From positions 77,996,001 to 78,060,000 of the forward strand of contig NW_026262690.1 of NCBI RefSeq assembly GCF_021869535.1: 64,000 bases of DNA, read 5' to 3'. Positions 51,743-62,736 of this stretch are shown here, piece after piece. Each line of letters starts with the position of its first letter. The stretch's first letter is position 1. A program made the position numbers and the translations under genes. The DNA comes from Mytilus californianus. Lineage: Eukaryota. The notes beneath the pieces were generated by a model. The model saw only the letters and a program-made list of their open reading frames with translations, did not search any database and was not told the origin of the DNA.

Positions 51743-54700
51743 CCATATTTAGTTGAAATCTAATCCATTTTTTATGTTACTGCTTATAATAAACTGTTCC
51801 ATCTTATTCAAGATGCATGCTACATGCAAAAATACAATAGCAGCCATCCGTTTTTTTTAATTCTTAAATGTATTACTTATGTACTTGAATTTGCTGTAGT
51901 GCATGATGAAATTCGAATAGTTAAAAATGATTTTAAACAAAGCCAAGAGCTTTATGTCTTCAATCAGAAAAGCACAGAGAAAAAATATTTTGTGATGATA
52001 GATATGAAATTGTATCAATTAAACAATCAATTATACATATCTGTATACATGAACAGGTATATACAAAAAGAACCTCCATTAAAAACATTCGAACACAATG
52101 AAAACTTTTAAAACTACAGTATTAGATAAGTGAAGATAATTCGTAATTCATAAAGCATGTACCTAGTCAGGAATATGGCAGTTGTTTTACACTTGTTCCT
52201 TTTATTGATAGCGTTTGATTTTGTCAGTTTTTATGGACTTCCCCTTTTTGAATTTGCCTTGGAGTTTGGTAATTTTGTTATAATGTCAGTCTAACAGCTG
52301 TCCCCTGACAAATTTGTTATAGGCAATGTCATAATATGTGATCCTATATATTGGAATAAATATTCGATACCCTTTATTTTGTTAGGAACAATTACTGTTA
52401 TATTTGTTTCATTGGTAATAATACTCAAGAATATTTTTTCCATTAGGAATTAATGTAAAAAGGAACTTCTTATTTCATGACATACATACTGTCTTAAAAC
52501 AGCTTTAACGCAGACCTTTATAACAAATAGAATTAGTCTTTCTTGCGTGTTTGTGCGAAAAGAAAAAAAAACATTTTAGACTTATTAGTTGAAGAGTTTG
52601 CCTAAACATTTGGTCGAGAAATCTTTGATAAATCTACCAGTTCATACGTAGGGAATACGAAGAAAGCGTGTCGTCTTTTGAGAAAAGTCCTTTAATTTCC
52701 GATTGCATATTAGAAAAATCATTGATCACACGTCAGTTTAAATGATGTCAATACATTAGTGTTATCATTGAATGACCTTACAGAAACATGAATTAAACCG
52801 GTAAAGCAGATGATTATTATGAACATTTGTTCTGTTTAAGTCCGTCGGGATTATTATACAGGGTACATGCATCATCAATAATCAAATAATAAAACGCAAT
52901 GCATGACAACAAAGCTGGTACATTTCAGGATTATGAGTTGATTTAATCGTCAATATTCTTGTTCATTGGCGCTTTTCAATTTGTTTACAATAAGATGTAA
53001 ATATACAAAGCAATACGAAATTAACTAAAATCATAACTGGAAAATGCTGATATCATTGCAAAATATAACGAACTATATATATATATGTTAATAACATAAA
53101 CGGTACCATTTTTATGGACCAGGTGCGCATTTCGACTTGTCTCTTCAGGGATGCTCGAGGCCAACATATTTGAAATCCAAAATCATATACAAATGTTAAA
53201 AAGCGGATCAAACCCAAAACTTACAGCCAAATTCGGAGAATGAATCAGAGATTTGCATGAGGGATATCTATTTCTTATTTTAAAATAATTTCAAAAATAT
53301 TTATTACAGCAATTTTAATCAAACAATATCCGTATTTTCATGACAGCACTGGCTACTGGGCTGGTGATACCCTCGGTGACTAGCAGTCCACCAGCAGAGG
53401 TATTGACCCAGTGGTAGTAATACCATAAACGGTACCAACTTGTATGCACCAGATGTGCATTTACACAGTTAATATCTCCACGTAAGGATTTGTTACAACG
53501 ACAGGTTTTCTTTATTCTTTCTCAAAGTTTCAAAATGATTTACAGATTATATAGACATATGTCTATTGTTGAAGACTACATTTTTATGTTCAACAAAGAA
53601 AGTACAAACATCACAATAATAAACAATAATATATCGTATCATAGAATGCTCGCCGCTACTGAATGAAAGCTCAATGTAAAGTTTTCAACCCATTTGATAT
53701 GAAAAAATATCGTCCAACACTTTTATAAGTAGCTGTAGCTAAAAAAGATTATATATTGCATTAACAGAATCTGAGACATAATCTTGTGCAATGCCCAGTA
53801 CAAAACACATAATTTCAATACAGATAAATGAAAGAGATATTTAAGTTTGCCCTCCAATTATCAACAAGCGAATTGATTTTAACGCCAAAAAATATCATTT
53901 ACTTCCTGCAGGTTAAATCAAATTTCTACAGTATATCTCTTTATTGTGATAAAACTTAGGAAAACATTTTGACCAAAAAGTAAATAAACAAAAATACCGA
54001 AATCTAAGGAAAATTCAAATCGGAAAGTCCCTGATGGCAAAATCAAAAGCTAAAACACAAAAAACGAATGGAAAACAACTGTCATTTCCTGACTTGCTTC
54101 AGGAATTTCAATATGTAGAACATAGTGGATTAAACCTGGTTTTATAGCTAGCTAAACCTCTCACTTGAATGACAGTCGTCTAAAATTCCAACTTATGACA
54201 TTCATATTTCTGCTGTTTATGTTTTAGTAATGGAAATGTTTCGTTCATTTAAAACTGAGACTTCACTGCAAACACGTTCATACCGAACCAACTGAGAACT
54301 GTACATTCTGCTCTTCAGAGAAATAGAAATACACAACTGGAAAGAAAAAGTCGTTCTGTTAAGTCGTATCCTTGTACGAAGATAATACCATCAGACAGTC
54401 TTAAATGTCAATCACTATTTATGTTTCCCTCAATTTTACCTCTTTACATATGATATTCTTATTGTCTATTTCATTGAGCGATCTTTAAAATATGCATTTC
54501 TTGTTTTTGTCAAAGAAAATCCAGTATGGCAATTTAAATTCAACTCAAAAAGAGATTTTATATGGATCTATCAATTGCAGGTTATTTACACAACTATCAG
54601 GAACTTTCTTCACCTTTTATTTGTAATACGATTATTTGTAACCAGAGGCTTTAGTGATTTTGTTTATAAAGACTACCATGACATATCACATTTTGTTGAT

Positions 54701-56635
54701 ACAATACCTAAGAATGGAATTTATTTCATTCTTAGTTATTTAAAACGACTACATTTGGGATCAGCAATCTAGTCAACCATTTGTTTTCAAATGTTAAAAA
54801 CGCAATTAGCAGGAATGTTTGTCGAAATTATACTTAGGTAAAGTTGACATTGTTGTACAGTGCCTAACAAGATTTTGTGAGGTAGACGAAATTGACCTTA
54901 AAACGATCGTATTGAATTTTGATGTCCGAAAATAGTCATATCGGACATATTTGCTGAATTTTTTATTTTGGGATAAATTGTAATTATAGCATTCTAATGA
55001 GACTGAAAATGTTTTTTTTGTTAAGATAAACAATAATTTTACCTGGCGTAACTGTGCATAAAATGTATTTCTGCATTACTTTTTTAATGGAATAAAACGT
55101 CTTATAAACTTTCTCTTTTTTCTTCGAAATAGGCTATTACAAACAATTTATCTACTCTATATGTGGAAAATTTTGTAAAAATATAAGAAAATGCAAATTC
55201 TCACCCTTTCATACCTTAAGTTTCTTTGATAAAAGATAAAAAATAATTTGGACTCGTCATCCACGTTCTGATTTAATCGATATCTATGTATGAAAAGTTT
55301 GAAGGTCAACTAATAATAACTCAATCCAATCAAATTGCGTAAGATTCAATAACAATGAGCTGTCTACATCATAATAAGTTTTCTTTAGCGGTAAACTGAG
55401 TAGGAAGAACTGGGAGAAAATTACATATATTTAAAGTTATTTTCTGCAATAACGAAAATTTATCAACCAAACGTTTTGCTATAATTTCAAACACATGTCG
55501 TTCTGTATTGGTTTTTGGATCTTTCATTTGCGTATTTAAGCCAATAAAAAGTTTGGGCCTCAAAGGTCTACATAATTATTGAATTTCTACAGAAAATTTG
55601 CCCTTTTAAAACATTTAATGTTTCACAAATAATAATACATGGATACAAAGCAAAACGCGCCAAAATATTTCATTCCGATTAGAGTAGTGGTTTTGTCATA
55701 AAGTGCGTTGAAATGAACCGAGGTATAGCAAACATCGAATTCCCTCACAAAATGTTATCACACAATATAGAAGAGATTCAGTTGATATTTTCGCTTTTTT
55801 TTCTCTCTCTTTCAAAGTGTGTATACTTTCGAAAATTTGTTCTCACATCTTAATCATTTTAACATTACTATTTAAAGATTTTGTTTTGTAGAAATCAGAC
55901 CTGAAGTATTTCTGTTTGAATTATTTCATGTAGGCGTTTTAAAATGAAGTTCGATGCTTTCCATTTTATTCTTAAAAATCAATTTCAAATGATGTTATCC
56001 ACAGAGTGACTTCGCCTGGCTGCGCGGGTGTTTGAATGCGCAGCCAGTTCCGATCTGAATTGTAACATTAAATTCAAAAGCCAGCATTGAGAAAGTGATG
56101 GGCTCTTTTCACGCTAAAGAACCATTGCAAAATTCCACCGGAGAAAGCAAATTTGACATTTTAGACGGTAAAGGTTAAATACGCAGCCATGTCCGATCTG
56201 AATTGATATATAACCCATCAACCATTTATTTTTGACAAAAAGTGGATCGTCTAATCATAAAGGGAACTTGCTTGCCAATATATGAATATATTCATTTATG
56301 AAGGATGCTTGGAGCTTGGCTCCAATAGTTCACGAATCGTTGAAAAGATAAAATGATACCATGCAGGTGCCACGTTAAACTAAACATATCCCTTACTGCG
56401 AATATGATACATATGTCACTACCTCATGGTCGAATACGCAAAAAATAATTTATCGTATCAGGATGGTAAATGTTTGTAGATAGAAATTATTTGTATGCAG
56501 ACAATGCATGGCGTATTTATTTTTTGATTGGTTCAACTCGCATGGTTTGCAGTAAAGTCTCAAATAAGCGTAAACAAATTATGACTAAAAAATGTTTATA
56601 TCACCGTGATAAATATTTTAGTCATTAATTGGTCA

Positions 56636-57297
56636 AAAAGTAAAATCACAAAAATACTGAACTCCAAGGAAAATTCAAAAAAGGAAAGTCCCTAATCAAA
56701 TGGCAAAATCAAAAGCTCAAACACACCAAACGAATGGATAACAACTGTCATATTCCTGACTTGGTACAGGCATTTTCTTATGTAGAAAATGGTGGATTAA
56801 ACTTGGTTTTATAGCTAGCTAAACCTCTCACTTGTATGACAGTTGCATCAAATTCCATTATATTGACAACGATGTGTGAACAAATCAAACAGACAAAAAT
56901 AGGGGTACAGCAGTCAACATTTTGTTATAATCTTAATCACTATAAAAACAAACAAATATGTAACAAAGAAGCACAAAATGGTATACAGACCAAGCACACC
57001 AACAAAAACCAAAGACAGGAATACACAAATTTACCATAGTACAATAACACAATGACGGGATATATAAGTACAGAGCCACGTCATATATGTATCAAAGAAA
57101 CATAAAATGGCAAACAGACAAAGCACACTAGCAAAAATGAAAGACAAGAATACAAAAATGTTTTACAATAGCACAATAACGGGATGTATAAGAAGCCACG
57201 TCATATCCATAAAAGAAACACCAAAAGACACACAGACAAAGAACACTAGCAAAAATGAATGACAAGAATACGAGAATTACCATAAAACAATAACACA
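56636..57297 (+). repeat. Abundant interspersed repeat, variant A, longest copy (others ~30290-30495 -, ~32195-32320 -, ~35670-35840 +, ~39590-39750 +, ~44375-44560 +, ~46945-47065 +, ~52165-52285 -, ~53980-54190 +, ~59758-59815 +)
   Basis: Shared AAAAGTAAAATCACAAAAATACTGAACTCC...GGAAAGTCCCTAATCAAATGGCAAAATCAAAAGCTCAAACAC...AACAACTGTCATATTCCTGACTTGGTACAGG...AAACCTGGTTTTATAGCTAGCTAAACCTCTCAC. Confidence 0.9.
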
Positions 57298-57965
57298 TAA
57301 CTTCAATAAGAAACTCCAGCATACTGATCACTTGTTCCTCTGTGTAGCATGTTTTACCTTTTTGTTCACTATTAACAAAATATGCCGTATGGTATACCAA
57401 AGTAATAAATTTATAGCGTATGCTACCGTTCTTTTATCTTAAGAATTGTAGATTATTTCTTTTAGACGATTTTTCAATTTCACATGGGGAATGGTGGTAT
57501 ACAGGGTTGAAAAATCAAAAGTTTTGATAGAACTAATTTCAGAAAATGATCAAGATTTAAAATTATCTAGAAGTTCTTTAGAGTTTTTTAGAATCCACAT
57601 ATGGTTAATACCACTACGCGAGTAAACAGTTTCACAGTATTTCTGAAGACCATCTTTCACTGCGGACAGAATTTTGGTCAATCTAATGGACAATTCTTTA
57701 GTCGAACATGCAGATGAGCCGGCAATGTACCGTTGGTTGTACGGAATTTTGGGAAGCTAAGGTATCCAATACAAACAAGGTAAGTCCTCCGATTTGTTGT
57801 TCAATGCAATGTTCATTGAAGTCATGAAGGACTTATGATTCGCCAAAATCTCATCCTTATCAAATGATATGTCTTTGTATGTAGAATTACCTGAGTGCTC
57901 ATTTATTCGTAATTCTTTTACAAGACACTCGTAGTAGTACGATTTACATACAAAGACAATATTAA
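57298..57965 (-). mobile_element. Penelope-like retroelement RT fragment (N-terminal RT motifs)
   Basis: The minus strand reads NIVFVCKSYYYECLVKEL...LPCLYWIP*LPKIPYNQRYIAGSSACSTKELS..LTKILSAVK.GLQKYC..VYSRSGINHMWILKNSKELL...KTFDFSTLYTTIPH..LK..., then a frameshift to AYFV...TCYTEEQVISMLEFLI. Confidence 0.85.
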
Positions 57966-58968
57966 TTAAAACGTACATAATCTTATTTATAAAAAAACTA
58001 AATTTTTGTGAAATTAATTGTTTAAAACGGCATTTCACAACCACTTTTTAATGATGACATAATATATAGAAAGCTAACAATATATGGAGTTCTCCCCTTG
58101 AATCCTTCTTTTGGCATACTATTTATTCGTTTATAATTGATATAATATGAACCATGAACCCTTTTTCTCTGCATTGAATTTCTGTACGCAATTTATTCTG
58201 GCTATTGCATAAGATCGTGTCTTTAGATTTCATGAACTCTTTATGAATGATCTATACTAGAAAAAACACCCCGAGATACTCAAGTGTATAACAGTGTGAT
58301 TTTATATCGGTAGGTCTAGTACTTTGCGTCTACGTTCAGTTTTTGAACAAAGATTACTGTTTAACTATTGCTTTGATTGTACTTGAATTTTTATATAACT
58401 TAAATTTTTAGTCAGTATCATAGAGTTAATTGCTTTTTCTGTACTGATTTTATGGCAGGTTCTTCTTAATGATCTCTTCGTTTCATAGTTAAAAGTGGAG
58501 GGTGTAAAATCTTAGACACATGTCGGCATAGAAAATAGTTCTAGTCATCTTTTTCGGTCTTGTTGCGTCGTGTTGCTATACCGTTGGCATATACCCAAAC
58601 TATTATTTTACTCGTATTGACTTCCGTTGACATGTTCAAAATGGAAAGCATTAATTTTTCAAGAGACTTTTTTTATATCTTACGGCAAAGCATGATTTAT
58701 TGCATTCACGAGAACGGAATAGTAGCATTATTAAATGTCGATATGCACATATGTAGAAGTTAAATTGGTACACATCATGCTTTTAGTCAGACGATTAAAG
58801 ATAAAGCAAAATAAGAAGATCTTATACGTGATTCCCTTATGATCTTTCTGTTTTTATGTTACTTCCTCTTTGGTTTCGTATGGTGGTGTTCTCATTCTTA
58901 TCAGAATTTCTTTTTATATACACTAAATATCGCCAACATATTTATTGTTACCGGATTTAGAAGACGAA

Positions 58969-59425
58969 ATGATGTATCATATGTTTCTTGTCATTAGCAT
59001 TGTGGTCATAGTATCAGGACAGGAAGAAAGTAAATATACGGCGTTTCTCGATCGCGATGTGAATACTTTGATTGAACAGCTATACAAACTTTCATTTGAA
59101 AATAGGGAAATTGTTAAGTTCAATTCAAAAATCCTAAGAGAGAATGAAAATTTGAAACATTCAATTCAAAATCTTGCCGATAAAAATGTCGAACTAGAAC
59201 GCAGAGTATATTTTATTGAGCGAAATATTCCTATTCCTAATAACCAGCAAAATAAACAAGGATTTGAAAGTAGTATCCATGCAAATTTGTACAAAAATTT
59301 GACAAAAAATAATAGCCAAGGATATCCCTTAACCGCGAAAATGAATCATCCAATGCTAATATCAAAGAAAATGAATGATAATAACCATACAAAAGACAAA
59401 CGACAAGTTAAACGAGAGGCTTCAG
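58969..59425 (+). CDS. First coding exon of a secreted coiled-coil protein (C1q-domain-containing-like architecture suspected); downstream exon not found
   Basis: MMYHMFLVISIVVIVSG-QEE looks like a signal peptide, followed by a heptad-rich segment (LIEQLYKL...LRENENLKHSIQNLADKNVELERRVYFIE) and a dibasic KRQVKREAS end. Donor G|GTTAGT at 59426, phase 1. Confidence 0.65.
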
Positions 59426-60499
59426 GTTAGTACTTTACTTACTATTATTACTGCTAAATAAATATTGAACCAATTCGATGGATTTTGCAAGGATATTGTT
59501 ATATCAATATCTTAATACGCTATCTCAAAACAATTTCGACTAAAAAGTGTAACATAACCATCTGAAAGGTGGAAACTAACTCAAGCGTAAATAATTAGAT
59601 TTTGTGACTTGAACTTAAAAAATGTATATTTCAAAAGATCGATAATTGTTTAATTCGAAATATTATAGTTGAATTTTGGAAAAATACAAATTTTGACCGA
59701 CGATTTGCATATTTTTTAAAATAAATAGTGCAACCAAGACTGTCTCTTAATAATTAAGAAGTAAAATCACAAAAAATTCTGAACTCCGAGGAAAATTCAA
59801 AACGGAAAGTCCCTAAAGAGACATAATGGAACAGCGTTACCTCCTATAAACTTCCAGGACCATCATGGGTTAAAAGCATTCACATGGGGACTGTATACAT
59901 GTGTATATTTAATAACAGGTCAATGGGCGTGGATCAATTTGAATAGTAAATTGTAGACTTACGTTCCGTTCAAAGAAAAAAATCCAACACGGTTTTGTTC
60001 TCAAAAGATTTAGACTGTGATCATATAATATTTTAACGTCTGCATTTTTAAAATTTATATATAGAAATTATCACTCCCTAATTTTGTCTGAAAATGTCTA
60101 TTCTTTTATTTTCTTATGGTTCTTCTTAAATATTATACATTCATGTACTTGCTACATGAGGACAATAGCAAATTTATTATTCTCTTGACACCACCTATTT
60201 CCCAAAATGACACTAATAAAATTGAGAATGTAAACAAGGAATACGGCAAAAAGACAACAACCCGACCAAAGAGCAGAAAACAGATTAAAACAACAAATGG
60301 GTCTTCAACACAGCGAGATAATCCTGCACCCGTAGGTGGGCTTAAGCTGGTCCCTAAACAAAAATGTATACTAGCTTAGAGAAAATGGACGTCGCACTAA
60401 ACTCCGAAACATATAAATGAACCAAAATTTAATAAAAAACATACAACAATAACAAAGGCTAGAGGTTCCTGATTTGAAACATGCGCAAAAATGTGGCGG

Positions 60500-61560
60500 G
60501 GTAAAACATGTTTTGTGAGATCTCAACTCTCCCCTTTTCATCTAGAAAATGTAGAATAAACAAAAGCAATGATATACGCACAATAAAACTCAGTTTAAAA
60601 GAAGTCCGAGTCCGATGTTAGAACAGGTGACAGAAGAAACTAAGCAAAAAGTCAACAATCAACAAAAATCAACAAATGACTGCAGTTACTGACATGACAG
60701 CTACAGAACTCAATTAATTTGATTGAAAGATTATGCCTTCATTATATGAAATTCAAGCACGATCCCTCCCGTTAAGGGTTTATTATCATATCATTATAGT
60801 ATATACGTGAAAACATAACCTGTGTCATGCCAGAAATTGGATTAATAATAAATGTGTTTATTTCCGATGCAAAGACCCTATGAGTGAATCACTATTTGAA
60901 ATTCAAAAAAGTCATCTTAAGGAACTGCCAACAGTATCATACCTATATATATCCTTTCTAAATAATTCTTTCCAAAGGTTAGGTTAGTTTTTAATGTGAA
61001 TGACGACATTTTTGTGCTTTTTATAGAAATAAGAATATTACCACAAAAGATGGGATGTGAAATACCTGAACGAAAAAAATGTCTGCACTTTGATTTATAT
61101 TTACGAATGATGTCTTTGTACCGGTGATAAATTTTGGTAAATGTTTTGACAAGTTTGTGATATCTAAAACCGTGGAATAACAATTTTTCAATATAACAGA
61201 GATTTCTTTCGTTAAAATTAAATACGTTGTTACATACACGAGCGAATCAAACAAGCTGAGATATATAAATACCATAAGATGGTGACAATGGGAAATGAAA
61301 AATCATCTTTTTTATCGTACATTTTGGGTTTTAGCTTCCCGTTAAGTTAAAGATAAAGATGTTAAGATCCAGGAAAGTGCAGTGTTCATTGTTAGTATTA
61401 GCTTTATTTAAAGTCAGTTCAGCAGTCTCATTAGTGTTCATACTGAAGTCGTCATTATTGGGAGCCAAGCTATCATCCAAAATAATCAGATGTTGTTTCG
61501 ATGGGTCATTGCTGATTTAAGTCATAAATTGTAGCTAGTTACAATACAGAAACAGGTCCG
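60500..61560 (-). mobile_element. Penelope-like retroelement, RT C-terminal region and downstream sequence, degenerate
   Basis: The minus strand reads DLFLYC...NDPSKQHLI...ELTLNKANTNNEHCTFLDLNIFI...YDKKDDFSFPIV...YISQLV*FARVCNNV.NFNERNL...KLLFHGFRYHKLVKTFTKIYHRYKDIIRKY. Confidence 0.8.
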
Positions 61561-62197
61561 GGAAAAATGCCTGCTTCCGCTTAATAAGTCAGAATAAGTA
61601 AATAGTTTATACCATTGCTTTCGCAAAATAGATCCCACGACTTACATACTGTGTAATGTCAACTTCAAACCGTACTTGATACCAATTAGCATTTAGTATG
61701 TACTTATTATTTTATTTATAGATTATAGACTTATAAATTAAGTAAAGTAGATTTACTAGTTTTACGAAATTGTCTGAAAAAGATTATTTACCAGATTATA
61801 CTTTTTAAAACGTTTGCGAATGACATTTATATGTTTAAACAATAAATACAATTCTTCAATACAACATGTTTGACATGTATCCCTATCTTTTAAATTCATA
61901 CATTTTTTTGCTTACAACTTCTTGTGCTTCTTCCATGATTTGGCTTCTCTTTCGACAAACATCACGTGTCATTATCTCGTATTTGAATCTTTAGCAGCAT
62001 AAGAATTTCAAAGAAATTTGCAGTATCTGGTTCATAATCATCCTAGAATCAAGGGCTGAATTGGGGTTTGAAATGCAAGGTGTTTTCTTAGTTTCATTAG
62101 AAAATTCATCACCATTTCCTTTTCAGTAAAACAAATTTTAGAATTTATGGTCCGTCAGGGAAGGTTTCAACATTCATTATAAATATTTCAAAAACCT

Positions 62198-62210
62198 TGG
62201 TGGCAGCGGT
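62198..62210 (+). other. Primer-binding site complementary to the 3' end of tRNA-Leu (AAG/TAG type)
   Basis: TGGTGGCAGCGGT is the reverse complement of ACCGCTGCCACCA, the 3' end plus CCA of eukaryotic tRNA-Leu(AAG/TAG). It lies upstream of a gag ORF, 25 nt after a candidate LTR end GGTTTCAACA (62172). Confidence 0.8.
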
Positions 62211-62289
62211 AAAAACAACATTTAAAAAAAAAAAAAAGAAAGGAAAAAAGTAATACATAAAAAAAAAACAACAACATACAAATCAGCTT

Positions 62290-62672
62290 ATATTGAAACT
62301 CAAAGTGTGGTTTACATATAATATTATTGAACACCAAGAGTTATTGAAATTCAAGGTGTATTTTTCCATATAAATTATTGAACACCAAGAGTTATTGAAA
62401 TTCAAGGTGTATTTTTCCATATAAATTATTGAACACCAAGAGTTATTGAAATTCAAGGTGTATTTTTCCATATAAATTATTGAACACCAAGAGTTATTGA
62501 AATTCAAGGTGTATTTTTCCATATAAATTATTGAACACCAAGAGTTATTGAAATTCAAGGTGTATTTTTCCATATAAACGATTAAACACTAAGAGTTATT
62601 GAAACTAAAGGTGTATAATTCCATATAAAATAATTGAACGCTAAGAGTTACTGAAACACAAAGTGTATTTTT
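62290..62672. repeat. 51-bp tandem array (~7 copies, outer copies diverged) in the retrotransposon leader
   Basis: Unit TTATTGAACACCAAGAGTTATTGAAATTCAAGGTGTATTTTTCCATATAAA. This explains the 17-aa periodicity of ORF 62283..62573. Confidence 0.95.
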
Positions 62673-62736
62673 CTAAAAATATTTTAACATTAAGGGTAAC
62701 TGAAATTAAGTATTAATTCAGTCTGGTAAATTAAAT

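Noticed and set aside
58050-58790. Continuation of the Penelope-like ORF or a separate gene
   Set aside because: Multiple stops in all frames and no motif I can assign.
62290-62672. 51-bp array as a CRISPR array
   Set aside because: The units are contiguous with no unique spacers, there are no cas genes, and the context is eukaryotic. The same applies to the 35-bp and 57-bp arrays.
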